A stretch of 62,624 nt of DNA, filler included, from Catajapyx aquilonaris (GCA_000934665.2; 3 parts of 3 records of this genome joined end to end with filler, not necessarily neighbours in it); one strand, 5' to 3'; positions 36,395 to 49,832 are shown, counted from the first letter of the whole stretch. A program made the numbers and translations. The notes: generated from the sequence alone by a model not told the origin.

Positions 36395-39150
36395 TTAATG
36401 TGTGGCCAACATTACAATGTATATTTTTTAAAAGCGATGTACCATGTTCTTGCTTCAAGGGCATCAATTTTACTAGGCATCATATTTGCTTCCCAGTAAT
36501 TAAAAAAAAAAAATTGTTGTTACACGCATGCTTGCATAATATTGTACTCTGCGCACTCTAGCTTTGAACTTGAGTAATATCCTTGAATAGGACGTGAATT
36601 ACGCGCAAGTAGTTCAACATGTTTACTCGACCGAAACTGAAGTTGGACGAGGGGGCATTGTGCAATCAAAATTTTATACACATGTAGGGCATTTTTTGGA
36701 ATTAGGCAGTGTTCGAAGTTAGAGTGAACAGAGATTAGGTCATTCCAAAGAACAGCTTAAGAATGCATGAGGACCAAAGAAGATAACGAGTACTTGTAAG
36801 ACAAAAGCAAAGTGAGTAATCATTCACTGCCGAAAATTTACAAAAGAAATCCCCCCCCAATGCGGCTATTTTTTTAATTGCTAAAAGCGATGGGAATGAA
36901 CATAATGTGTTCATTCGAGCCTTCTAAAATGTAGGCATAAATTTTATATCGTATGTGAACTTTTGAGTTCTAAATTTTAATCACAGTTTCCAAACCTCTG
37001 AAAAATGTTTCCAAGTGTTTCAATAAGTAGCACCAGTGTAATTATTTATTAGTTGAATTGTAAATTGCAATAATGTATGGGCCGAACTGAAAAGTGTTTG
37101 CTGCTTAGGAAATTCAAGGCACCGGAGAAAGTAATTTCGTCTCTTAAAAATAGTGCTGTATCTAGCAGCTCTTCATAAGCCGAACTTGGCACGGAATAAG
37201 CTAGAGCCTAATTACATATTGAAAGTACGAGAAGCTTTCTCAACACTTGTTGGGTGTCCATGCATGAAAAAAACTCAGGACATTTAAGATATTTATGTAG
37301 CCTATAATGCAAATTATGTCCCTTTTTCCATTCTGCACATGTTGGGCAATGTGATTTTGCGTCCTTCCATGTCATGGGTATAGATGCTTAGCTTTTTGCA
37401 CGCACGGAAATATTGTTTACAGTTTGTACTGGAGCCTTGGAAATTTGTTAATGCATGTAGATCATGTTAAAAATAATAACGGTATGAATATTCTAGCTCT
37501 ATGTAAATTCAATGGCTTTTGTCAAGTTCTTTTTACAATTAGTTTTGTTTTTGGGGGTATGATTTTTACCTACATGCCGTCACTAGTAATTTTTAAATGG
37601 TGTTATTCGTAGATATTATTAAAGCTTTTAATATCTATATTTGTAGGCCACAAAACGTCAGCTGAAAAAGGTGTACTCTAGATAGCCCGGATATTTATTA
37701 GAATTACAGGCAGACCTGTGACAATTTCACTTGCGAGTCACTAGTCACATAATATTATGTGCACAGGATTATGAGAATCAGCAGCACTTTTCAGAATGAT
37801 CTTTACCAGAATAGTGAGAATTAAGTCGGATGATAAATAAAAGTCACCAATGAACATTGTTAACGAAATAATGCATTATTATAATCGCCAGTGTTTTGCG
37901 CTTGAGCCTTACCTATCTCCTGTTGCGTCCCTCTCTCCAGATCTCTGTAACAATAAGCCATACGGAGGCAGTGGAAATGCATTCACACCTTTAAACGAGG
38001 GGAAAAATTACTACAAACCCTGCCGCACAGGAAGGTGAATAATGACGGAAAATGCATATTGACAATAAATTTTATTTTTCACTTTTGAGGTTGTATTGTG
38101 CAAATTGGGGAGTGAGTGAAAAAAATATATATAGCTCAGGTTGGTTTGTTATAACTATTTGTTTGAGGCAGGTTGGTATTGCTGTTTACAACACACTTTT
38201 TTTGTGTGTGTGTGTGTAAATATTACCAGGGATATTAGTGATTATATGTCGGTAATGGTCATTGGATTTCCCGGTCACTGCCCAGCGGCCCTTCAGGAAA
38301 TTATTACGTCTATCGTAGCGCATCTTGGGGCAATATGTCGTTGCATCCACTGAGATGACGAAACATCATGTTTGTCATCATAATCGGATCACAATCCGGT
38401 TACTCCTCATTAGACAAGTACATAGCAATGTTGACATCACATGTTCATAGCGGCGGTACCCAGAATTGTAATGTTGGCAGAAACATCGCTCACTGGCCGC
38501 AGTCATGAATTTATGGAATCGCACTATCTGGCCAGTTGCATGTTGTGATTACAGGTGGCCATGCCCAAGTTTAATAATTGATCCGTACTTGTACTCGCAG
38601 GATCTAAGCCTGCACTTGGCAGGTGGATAATGTATCGACTATCTTATCTGATTTATGTATGATCAGGCTGTTGTCACAGGTTGTGACGTCAAGAGAAACT
38701 TGCCATGATGGTCTTTTAACTGGTCTTCATTGTTCATGATTTAAAAAAAAAAAAATTATCACGTTCTCATCGAGCCATTTAATTTGTGAATCCTGTTGTT
38801 ACTGTCATATTTCACACAAAGTTACTCTGGTTAACTTGTGAAAGCGGCTGAATTAAGTGAATCAGCAAAGAGTTTGATATTTAAATTCTTCCAGAAAAAT
38901 AAGTCCCGACGCGACAGCCACAGTCGTACATTCACTGTCGTCTTAGCAAGATGAAATTATCAACCATATGCCACAAGCGTGCTCAATCCATGGGAACATT
39001 TTGTGGATTATTAAATGTAAAAATCAAAGAAAAATATAAATATAAGACATGCCCCCCCACACTCTCGACTAAGCAAAGTGAAAACATGGTGCCAAAAGTT
39101 TGCCTTGGGATCGGAATGATGTTAAAAAAAACAAACAATAAATGTGCAGC

Positions 39151-40691
39151 TCAATAGGCCAAATCTTCCAGTTGGGTGAGCCTCTTTCCGAAAAGCTCTT
39201 CCTCCAGCTGACTCAGCTGATTGAGGAAATGATCCGAGGGCTGAACGGCGGGTCTCAGTCCCTTCACGAAATAGTAGGCATCATCCAGGGTGCAGAGACG
39301 CTGCTGCATCAAGTAAGCCATAACCACAACAGCACTCCGGTTGACCCCTTGGTCTCCGTGTACTAGCACCTTCCCACCGCTCTCGATCGCACCAACTATG
39401 AAGTCAGATATGGGACGTGCATTCTTCGTAAGCTCAGGTCCATTGGTTTCCGCTTGTTTCACCTCCTTTTGTGCCTTTTTCTTCGGGGAAAGTTGCGGGG
39501 TCTGGGGATTAGGTTCAGTCAGGGGCAGCACAAAGTAGGTGAGTGTCGGGAACACTCCTGGAGGCACCTTTTCAGACACGCATAGAATGTGGGTGATCCC
39601 CAAGCTGGACACCGTGGAAGGGTTTGTCGCTTGGTCAGCACGACCCAAGAAGAGGCCTGGGGAAAACAACAAGAAATAATTAGTCTTGCTCATCTCTCAT
39701 AATATAAATGGGAAAGTTTGTCGGTATATATATGTATCTCTCGTAATATAAACGGAGAAGTTTGTTGGTATGTGTGTCTCATATATATAATAGGGAAGGT
39801 TTGTTGGTATGTTAGTATGTCAGGGCGACCTAACTAACTTCTGGAGTACTGAGAGTACTGAAACTTGGTACACTCATGGCGTATGTGCTGCTGATTGATG
39901 GGAAAGTCACAAACCCGAACTTTTTCGAGTCCGAATAATATCCTAATTTGTCTGCTTTGCGGCGATTCTGGCTTCCAATTATTACTGCCTTGGCAATTAA
40001 ACTGACCTTCAACGATGACAGATGGGTACCATGCAATGCAGAGCCGTCGTTCATGAAGTGCCACAACATCCGACATAGTTATCATGTAAGGAAACTGCTT
40101 CTCAATCTCCTTCATCCCACCGTGGACACACAGGACCTGTAAACAATCTTATTACATCACTGCAAATAGTGTTGAAATCCCAAATAGCATGAATCACGTC
40201 CTATAGATATCCAGATCTCCATTGAAGCTCCGTAGGGTATTTGGATATCCCTAGGACGTCCCCAGTACATCCAAATATCCATGGAGTCTCTAATGTGGCA
40301 CACACCTCAGTAGTGTTGGTCCTCTTGTTATTGTTTCCCCCTTTGATAAGCTTGCTCTGCAGTTGCCTGAGCATGGAGTTGGCCTCCCCCAGCTGTGACC
40401 CGTCTTCGTCGTACATGACCACCAGCAGGTATCTGGCCAGCAGCGCATCCCCGTTGTCCAGGTCCAGATCTCCGTGCCATCGGGCGGTCAGGACCCTCTT
40501 TCCTTTGCTCCAATGCTGGAGGTCTCGGGCGTCCACCAGCAGGAGGTAGTCTGGGTTGCGAATGTACGGTGCATAGAATCCATCGTAGAACAGGTTGTGG
40601 AACTGCTGAGCGGATATGGCCCCGTCTAGCGGGTCCTCGCACTCAAGGATTGTTGGGGAGCGCTTCAATCCTTTGGTCTCTTCAAACGACG
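39151..40691 (-). CDS. STYXL1: MK-STYX/STYXL1-like pseudophosphatase (rhodanese/CH2 + dual-specificity phosphatase domain), 5' incomplete
   Basis: Exons 40691-40306 (YLLLVDAR..VLTAR..VVMYDEDG), 40136-40007 (GGM...FPY...YPSVIVE), 39656-39151 (LFLG..LGITHIL..VLVHGDQGVNRSAVVVMAYLM..AYYFVKGLRPAVQPSDHFLNQLSQLE). Catalytic Cys absent. Start exon not identified. Confidence 0.8.
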
Positions 40692-40789
40692 CTGAAATTA
40701 GTTAATAAAGCAGTACATAATTACAATGTTACTCTATTGTTACAGTCTTTGCCCCCCTAAACAGGGGCTTCAGAGTAATAAAATAAATA

Positions 40790-41335
40790 AATACTGTAAA
40801 TAAATAAGATTAAGTAAATGAAGAAACTAACAAATAAATGAATAAATAAATAACGAATGAATTAATAAATAAGTAAATAAGCAAACTAATGAACTAATAA
40901 ATGAAGACAAATAATCAAATTGATGAACTAACAAATGAATATCTGAATGAACTAATAAATATCTGAATGAACTAATAAATATCTGAATGAACTAATAAAT
41001 ATCTGAATGAACTAATAAATATCTGAATGAACTAATAATAAATGAATATATGAATGAACTAATAATAAATGAATATATGAATGAACTAATAATAAATGAA
41101 TATATGAATGAACTAATAATAAATGAATATATGAATGAACTAATAATAAATGAATATATGAATGAACTAATAATAAATGAATATATGAATGAACTAATAA
41201 ATTAAGATATAAATACACTAATAAAATAATAAACAAATAAAAACAAACAAATGAACTAAGGAATGAATACATAAATACACGAATAAAAATAAATAAACTA
41301 ATAAATTAGTAAGTAAATAAATGAACAAATAAATA
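40790..41335. repeat. AT-rich minisatellite (21-bp and 24-bp units)
   Basis: AAATATCTGAATGAACTAATA and AATAATAAATGAATATATGAATGAACT-type tandem units. Confidence 0.9.
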
Positions 41336-41558
41336 GATACGCGATGTTGTTATACAGTCTTCAATGTAAAGTTAATAAAATACGATAAAATATGGGACAT
41401 AACATGTTGCTCTGTTATTGTCACTGGTTATAACAATAATTATTATTGTTACAGTATTGTCTACTATCTTGCTACTATTGATAGTTCAATATAAAGTTAA
41501 TAAAACTGTAAATAATGTTGCCGTGTTATTACAGTAATGGTTTAATAATCTGGCAGAG

Positions 41559-41559
<1 letters not shown>

Positions 41560-41628
<69 letters not shown>
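41560..41628. repeat. (AAT)n microsatellite
   Basis: Direct; followed by hairpin GGGGGCAC-GGCA-GTGCCCCC (41631-41650). Confidence 0.95.
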
Positions 41629-41723
41629 TAGGGGGCACGGCAGTGCCCCCGCCAAGTTCTCGCCGCACTGCCGGACCACCTTTACCCGACACAACTCACG
41701 TCATTTTGACCCCCTCGAATCTT

Positions 41724-41823
41724 NNNNNNNNNNNNNNNNNNNNNNNNNNNNNNNNNNNNNNNNNNNNTTAATTAATTAANNNNNNNNNNNNNNNNNNNNN
41801 NNNNNNNNNNNNNNNNNNNNNNN
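41724..41823. other. Artificial assembly spacer
   Basis: 44 N + TTAATTAATTAA + 44 N, identical to the first spacer. Confidence 0.97.
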
Positions 41824-42039
41824 TTCAATTACCCATTATAGCTATTGATCCTTTGCTGGTATAATCAGGCCTTTGGAAACAAGATTCACGAAATTATTCA
41901 CTGAACTATGCAAATTTTTTAAAAAAACAAAAAACAAAAAAAACACAAATTGAGAATAGAGGTCAAGGTTTTACTGGACATTTTAAAAACTTAGGATTGT
42001 CCACACAGTATAAAAACCTCACACAAACTGTCACGCTTA

Positions 42040-42164
42040 GAGCGGGTTTCACCAAGTCAGGTTTTGATAAAACCCCGGTTCTTTCGGAAAATCCCTATTC
42101 TATTTGCAGGGCTTTTCCGAAAGAACCGGGGTTTTATCAAAACCGGGCTTGGTGAAACCGGCCC
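42040..42164. mobile_element. PIF/Harbinger MITE
   Basis: GAGCGGGTTTCACCAAG...CTTGGTGAAACCGGCCC palindrome, TTA TSD (42037-39, 42165-67). Confidence 0.8.
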
Positions 42165-42181
42165 TTAGGCATGTTACTTAC

Positions 42182-43127
42182 TCAACCTTGAGCATTTCTT
42201 CCAAGTTGATCGAATTGAAAGATAAGCAGTAGCCATCGTCAGTTTTCTTGGTGCGAAATAAAGTGTCGCAATTTTTTGGCACACCTTCCCACCAGCATTC
42301 CAATATGGTCATGTTCACTGGATGCATCAACTGAAAAATGTGCAATACAGGGTGTATAATATTTCTAGCACAAATCCTCCCCAATAAAAGTACTTACGCT
42401 TTCCATTAATTTTCCCATCAGATCAGAATGGCTATCGAACATTTCTCGAAGGTCGCTATCATTTTCAAAATGTTTGAAACTATTCCCGACACGTCCAAAG
42501 GAGACTAAAAAATTGACTGCCTTCTGAAGAGTTTCTGTAGTGAATTTATTCCATCTACAAAGTATGGAAGTGATATTGATATCATTTAATTGTCGACCAT
42601 AATATTCACGTAACTTACGGTTCCTGTTTGCTTATCTGGTTCACCTTAGACTTCATTGCCTTATTGACATTGCATAATGTTACGGCAGGAAAATTAATTT
42701 CACTTATTGGACTAGGTGTTGGGGAGACAAAGAGAACAAATGGGGATGACTGGAACACCCTGATTTGGGGCAAGATGAAAAGGATTGTTCCTATTAGAGC
42801 CATTGCACAGCCAATCAACCACAGCTTTCTGAAAATTTCATATAATTAAAAGAGAACCTGCATTCTGCACATGGCATTACACGTATTATATAAAATTAAT
42901 ATTATGAGACACCTTTCAATTGGTTTTAATGTTTCATCGGCAACGTATTTCAATCCGTGTATTGTTGTCGAATTACAGAAATTGCGCAAATCCCTTGTCA
43001 GTTTTCCCCATACTCTGTAGTGTTCAAACTAGAATGTAAAATAATTATTCATTTATTGAAAATACATGTTAAAACTAAGATAAAGCTATCAAGCAAACCT
43101 ATAGAATATAGAGCTTACCTGCGACAT
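42182..43127 (-). CDS. ppk: Pickpocket/DEG-ENaC channel A, 3' truncated by contig edge
   Basis: Exons 43127-43119 (MSQ), 43028-42913 (FCNSTTIHGLKYV), 42828-42619 (TM1; INFPAVTLCNVNK), 42554-42398, 42330-42182 (ECWWEG..CDTLFRTKKTDDGYCLSFN). Confidence 0.88.
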
Positions 43128-43857
43128 ACTTCCTCGATGATGTGCACTCAGGATATTGGAGCACTTCCAGCATGTTGTTAATATTTAAACTCAAGTGCAT
43201 CAACGAACAAAGAAAGTTATCAAGAGCGCCAACCTTTACGATGACCCCACCCTGGTTGTCAAAGAGAATTATATACAACAACAGGTGCGCTCTTTCTCAA
43301 CAGGATTTTACAGCCCACAAAGAATATTTATGTGTATCTGTTAGCTAACAATGCTTGTTGTGATGTATACTAATGTACTGTACTAATGTATATTAATGTA
43401 CGATAATCGTTATCTGGAAGTCATTCTCAAAGGTATTTCCCTATAGTAGGACAACGACATATTATGCAATATGAGCATTTCTTTGAAAAAATTCCTTCAT
43501 TACTGGAATGTCAAATATTTTCCGCCATATAAAAAGATGTTAATATGTTTTAATGGTATAGTAATAAGTTTGGGTCATTTTCACGGGACTATACTTTTTA
43601 TTTTCGCTTTTTTCTAACTTTTCATTCCAGTCAACATGTATATACAGTACATTATTCATTCCTGCGCAAGAAATATGTAACTCGTAGGAGGGATTTGTAG
43701 ATACCCTTATGTACCCTTTATATGTTGATAGTGATTAAATGTCCCCCTTTTCATGCACTATATTTGTGATAGTCTGCCTTTTTAAATAATTAGCATGACT
43801 AACCGGGTGTGGTATATCTCATTTTAAATACCGCGAGTACACTTTGATATTCTAGGC

Positions 43858-44023
43858 CAGCGGTTCTTAACCTTGGGTGCGAGGTGGCTCCCTTGGGGGT
43901 GCGAGCAAGGTGCACCTCTGGACTTAGTCTATCTGTGAACTTAATCAATCACCCCTGGTATAGGGGGTGCGACAAGGACCAACTGTCTTCAAAGGGGTGA
44001 GGAGGCCCGAAAAGGTTAACCTG
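43858..44023. mobile_element. hAT-type MITE
   Basis: Starts CAGCGGTTCTTAACCT, ends AGGTTAACCTG; exact 8-bp TSD TTCTAGGC (43850-57, 44024-31). Confidence 0.8.
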
Positions 44024-44548
44024 TTCTAGGCCTACTGGAGGGGTTGTTTTGAATCTGATCCTCGCAAGTGCGGCATGACACATTTTTCAGAGTGACTTTG
44101 CCGTCTTTTTAAAACTTGATTTTTTGATTGAGGTAGTAAAAAGAATGTTGGTACGCTTCTCACGTAAAACTGTTTTATTGATAATAGGAAGGGAATAATA
44201 AGTTGCTACTTCACAATTCACATGCAACCAGATAAAGTGCATAAATGCAATACTTCTAAACGTTGCAATGACATCACAGTGATGAGGTGTTTGTAAAGGT
44301 ATTCAGTGGTAAACCCTTCAGACATTTTCAGGCTACACATTTTTCGGTTATCCTGCTGTGGGTGGCATATTAATAAGAGTGAACAAAAATGGGTAACATT
44401 ATTGACAATATACCATGAAAACATTGAAAAGTACTTGAGTGTATTTAGGGAATTTAATAGGCTACACTGTCTTACAGATGAGACTTGAATCATTCCTGAA
44501 ATTGCATCGCATGGTCCCTAATAAACCGCTTAATAACAACGTGTGCAA

Positions 44549-45711
44549 TTAATTGCTGGAGACTTTGTTCGGATAAGCCAGGCGAAATATTGCTGAGTTT
44601 TGGAAATCCTTTCTCAGTAAGTCTCCCGTTTCTCCCTGCTTCTTCTTGTAGATGAACCATGGGCGTATTGTCAAATAGCAAATCAATTCTATCACGCTGA
44701 TCAGGCTGAATCCCATGAGTAGGCCCATTATTCCTCCTAGAGATGCTGAAAGGCACATTTAAATAATATTATAATACATGCACAATGTCACCATCTCGTC
44801 ACGTTAGATCTACCTAGCATATCAACCCAGGTGTACAGGAGTCTGCGCCTGGAGACAGGATAATACCAGTCCTTGTAAAACACGCGAAGTTGTATCAAGT
44901 TCTTCCTGTAAAGTTTCAATATGATAAAAAATGAGCGCAATGAACATGATGTGGCAACCTAACATGTTGATTCCGTCTGTATTTGCAGGCATTAAGTCCT
45001 TGTTGGGATGGAATTTCGCGCTGCTTACATCTGTGGTATAAAATGTGTAAGAACATCCATCCGGGCATGTGCAGTTCATCATTCCATTTCCTTTCACTCC
45101 CTCGTCCTGGTCCATACTGTTGAATGTTTCTGTATAATATGGTAATGATGCTTGTAAGTAGGCTACAGTACATTTTTATTCTTAGAATTATGTAAACTGA
45201 GCCTTTAGGTCAAACCAAGTTCTTATTGTCGTTAGAAAGAATGCAAGGAGCAGAGTTTCTGCTAAAAGCCAAATGCCACCTTCTAAGTAGGGACGTTTCG
45301 AGCATTTCTGAACGGTTATGTTGCACTATAGGCACATTCATTCAATCGATCATTATGCAGTAATGAATATGTCTGTCACGTTTGTTTCCAAAAGTCATAT
45401 GATGTATTACATAGGCGCAGTTATTTTAAATGTAATTCCATATTATTTTTGCATGGAGNCCCCCCCCCCCCATTCCTTGGGAAATTATGAACGCGACTAT
45501 CAAAATTTGCAAATGATAACCTGGATTTCTGAGAATATGGTGGACTTATTTTTATGCATATATTGTATAATAAGCACTAACTGTAAGTCAGCAAAAAAAT
45601 TACTTGGACGTCATTTCATAAAGATGAAGAGAAAACATATCTTCACTTACCAAAATTGGTCAGAATGCACCTGGACGCATGGAACTTGCATGGTTTTGCC
45701 ACATCTTCAAC

Positions 45712-45785
<74 letters not shown>

Positions 45786-48419
45786 TAGTATTTATATTCC
45801 GCTCTTTTTGACGTCAGTGTCCAAGGAAGCTCACCTTAAGATTAACTTAAACGAATTGCAAGCTACAAACTGTCGACGTCTAAGCTGATGCTGTAGGTGT
45901 AGGAGTATGTGGGGTATTATTAATTGCAATGCTTACCAACAGTAGTGTAATAGTTGTAAGGAACGCATCCACATCTCCTGTTATATGTTCGTATCCTGCA
46001 TTCTACGAAGCAGTTCATGAACGTGTAGTAGGAGAAAAAGGTCAAATTGTTCTCGGTACTGTGCAGACACCTCCGTATATACGGCGGATACCTTGCAAAT
46101 TGCTCCGCGGGTTCGATGGGGTGGGGAGTTACTGCCACGAACACCTCCTGTCCTGGAGAGATTATGAATCCTCTGTGGGACACATCCGCATAATCCAAAG
46201 AATGGTGTAAGAGAACCTTTAATGAAAGTGCTCTCCATTAGGCCGACTAAAATTTTAATGCATTTTATAACAGTGAATAATTATACTGACTTGAAAGCCA
46301 TAGAACGTGTCTATTGTAGTATTGTATTCTTCCAGTTTAGGATCCAAAAGCACCGTAAGGCCAAGGTGGGCTCCAGCAGAATTCAGATGGTAAATGTTAG
46401 GAATACTTCTGACAGCATCACCACTGGATTGTTAAGAATAAGTAACACAATAAGTACTTTGCGATTAATATTCCACATGCTGGCTTGTACGTTACATATT
46501 TTTTAAAGTTTATTTTGTATTCTGATCATGTATGGTACTTGTGCCGTACGTGATCAGAGGCAGTATTACAAGCTAATAGTTCAAGACAATCGATTAGTAA
46601 CATCACCTGTGCGAATGCCATCCGCTTTACACATGAAAATAATCAGCGGAATATGCAAAAGTGCTGATAACTTCAGATGTGTTTTCCAGTCGCGATAGAT
46701 TAGCATACTTACGAGGACAAAAATATGACAGACCACAATGTGAGTCAATTTCGGAAAATAATCATATCGAAATACATTAACAGAATCTGATAGGAGTCAA
46801 GAAACAGTGGACTTTTTCAGGCCCTCATTTGGTTCAGGTACTGTGCCTTATTTACACAATGGTTTGTTCTCCACTTTTATATTCTAATGAAATAGTTTAT
46901 AGCTTACTGAGGCTTGAACATGTCTCCCAGTTGCGCTGCATTGAATGAGATGCAATATCCGTCATCCGTCCTCTTGTTGCGAAACAACTTTTCACAGTCG
47001 ATTTGGGATCCTTTCCACCAACACTCCAATACTGTCTCATTCAAAGGATGCATAACCTTGCCGGAAAAAACAATCAAGTATTGATCATAAAAATGTACAA
47101 GATAACCGCTTTTATCTTTTATTAACTTAGCATACTTACGCTTTTCATGAAATCATCAATTTCTCCTGCATGAGAGTCAAACATGTGTTGAAGTTCGTTG
47201 TCATCTTCGAACAGGGTGAAGGAATTCATGGCTCGTCCGAAGTAACCAACCAGTTTAATGGCCTTGTATAACGTTTCTATCTTGTACTTGTTCCACCTGT
47301 AATTTGAGACATTTTCACACCTGCCAGGTACAGTTAAGCCTGCCAATAGCGGACCCCTTAGTGATGTTCCAAATTATAGAAAAAATATTAGCTTATTACG
47401 GAAAAATTCGCGAAATGGAGTTATTACAATGTATGTCGGTTTCACTGTAAAATAGATTGGATTAGATTTCCCATTTCCTTACGGTGATTGGGAATTCATG
47501 TATTCCACCTTGGACTGCATTGCTTTGTTCACGTTGCATAAGGTGACTGCTGGAAAATCAATTGCCCAAATTGGCTTCGGAGATGGTGCAACACTGCTGA
47601 CAAGTGGTGAGGAATTGTACTTCTTGATGCTAGGCAGCATGAATGCAATAGTTCCACTTATGGCCAGGAAGCAACATATGAGCCACAGTAATCTATAAAA
47701 CAATAACAACATAGATTAATTCATTATAATTTCGGAATACATGATAAGTAAAAGTAGCCGTCCTTGTGAATAATGGTTTGACACTTGTCCATTATTTATA
47801 GCATAATTAAAACTTCAAATGCCTGATAGGAAGAAATAGAATAATTATATTCTTCATACCAACAAACTGATGGGGAAACGTTGCAATATCAAATAAGCCA
47901 TTGTCCAAAAGTTTGGTCTTATGAATAATTATCACGTGTGTTATTCTATAAAATGCAACTCACATACAAATGCACCTCTTATGGTATTGGAGTTTGATAT
48001 AATTACTCTGTTTAACTATGGATCTCTGAAGGTGTATTTTTCTTCCCAGTAAATCTAAGGATTATACTATATATAGTATATACAGCAGCTTATAATGTAT
48101 CGAGATCTCATGCGGCAGTAGCGGCACAGTCAAAAAGTTAGGTTGACCATTGTCACGCTTTACACATAGAAGGCACCTGAACATACCCTTTTAAAAGTCA
48201 ATTACCTTTCGATCGGATGCAAAGTTCTATCCGCGACGTATTTGAAACCATGAATAGTCGTGCATATGCAGAACCGCCTGAATTCGTCCTTCATTTTCTT
48301 CCATCTTCCTTGGCTTTCGACGCCATTTGCATCTTGGACCCAATTCTAAATTAAAATTAATTACCATTAGTTTCCTGAAACAACTTAAAGCTTAATTTGG
48401 ACCACACCTGCGAGAGCAT
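44549..48419 (-). CDS. ppk: Pickpocket/DEG-ENaC channel B, complete (11 exons)
   Basis: Exons 48419-48408, 48345-48206 (TTIHGFKYV), 47692-47483 (TM1, FPAVTLCN), 47296-47140, 47056-46908 (TDDGYCISFN), 46423-46291 (GAHLGLTVLLD), 46216-45937 (YTFMNCFVEC..CGCVPY), 45710-45651, 45129-44964 (CTCPDGC), 44905-44814, 44745-44549 (TM2 ASLGGIMGLLMGFSLIS). Phases consistent. Confidence 0.92.
45712..45785. repeat. Compound (TAA)n(TGA)n microsatellite
   Basis: Direct; abuts the acceptor of ppk-B exon 45710-45651. Confidence 0.95.
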
Positions 48420-49832
48420 GTCTCCTTACTGATACTCTCTTTGATATAAGCAATTGACGTGCATGCGACAATGAGAGCTGCTCCTCTTTAGAAATTGTGG
48501 TCGCTGAATAAGGAAAAATTGAGCCTCCACCCAAAAGTTGACAGAAAGGCTTGTCGCATAGAAAGTCTGATTATTGAACTGCATAATTTCATTGCGGGAT
48601 AGCCTGCTATTGTACTCGTTTGTGTGTCGTGGAAACACAATTATTAACACCTTGCCTCGGAAAGTTGTTTGTGCATAGGTAATGGCTGGGCGAGGTTATT
48701 CAGTTCTTTGGGGACATGTTAAGGTCGTACATAACTGCTCATGCATGCAGCTACTATCTTCATGTCTCTTGATTAATCATTTTCATTTGATCAGTAGTGG
48801 TAATATTTCTATTGCCCTGCCATCTGTTGGAGATTGTGTGAATTCTATTCAATAGGAAAAGCGTTCCACACACCCTCTCTTGGATAGCCTTGCAGGATGT
48901 GAACTAAGGGGGTAATAGGGGTGTCTGTATATTTGTACATAAGCAGGAACAGAGTGGAGGGAAATATTCTATATTTGCCTATAGACTGCAGAATATTGAC
49001 ATCATACCATTTTTTACCCAAAGTTATGAAATACAATAATTGGCATATGGTCCTAACGTAGAGACCTACTGACACTGAAAAGGACGATTACAAAAGAAAT
49101 GTTAACAGTGAAAGGACAATAAAATAAATCACCAAATAAGAAATACTCGTAAGGAATAATAATTTATTAGTAGAGCATTCACTGTCGGACATTGCCACCT
49201 TGGTTTGTTAAGGAATGAAAAATCATAGCATAGGCTACGTATAACATTTGTATGCTTATTCGTGTAGTGATCATTATTTTATGCTGCATTAAGCTTCTTA
49301 ATTTGTATAAATAATGTTATATTAATTTACATAAGTTTTGATAAAAATGCAGATTGTGACTCTTGTTTCTGAAACACTGTTCCTTGAGCTATTTCTGCTC
49401 CTTGTGCAATATTATGTGATATAGGCGATGGGATTTATTATGATTATTATTTAAATTCAGGTGCCTAAGTTGTTGAGGTTTAATGGAACAGTTCAGTGAA
49501 GTTTAACATTGATGATGCAGGCGTACTGGGATTTTGTTTAAACTTATACCGTGTGTTTCTTAATTTAGCCCTCATTTATCCGTATCGGCAGAAATGCCAC
49601 TCGCACCCACAAGTCCTGTTGACACCCTTGATGGGCAAGAATTGGAGAGAGGAAAGCGAGGGGGGAAATTGCGCAGGGAGAGTTGAGGTTCTTATGGCCG
49701 ACTAAAATTTGGTGGGCTCAGGAATACCAACTTCACGCACAAGAGGCTGACACTTTCACCAATACTAATGTGAGCTAAATATTGTGAATCCAATAGTACA
49801 CCTTGCATATTTTTACAATACACAAAATGTGA

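Noticed and set aside
35600..39150. Hidden gene between renalase and STYXL1
   Set aside because: Only short ORFs without recognisable domains or consistent splice phases; likely UTRs and repeats.
41012..41692. ORFs with LLVHSYIH repeats and poly-Tyr
   Set aside because: Translations of mini- and microsatellites.
41700..41704. ATGAC|GTGAGT as STYXL1 start micro-exon
   Set aside because: It is phase 2, while exon 40691 needs phase 1; the join gives ATG ACC GTC GTT TGA.
45318..45788. 156-aa ORF ending poly-Ile/poly-Met (similarly poly-Leu ORF 57100-57408)
   Set aside because: Microsatellite translation, antisense to ppk-B or within a SINE tail.
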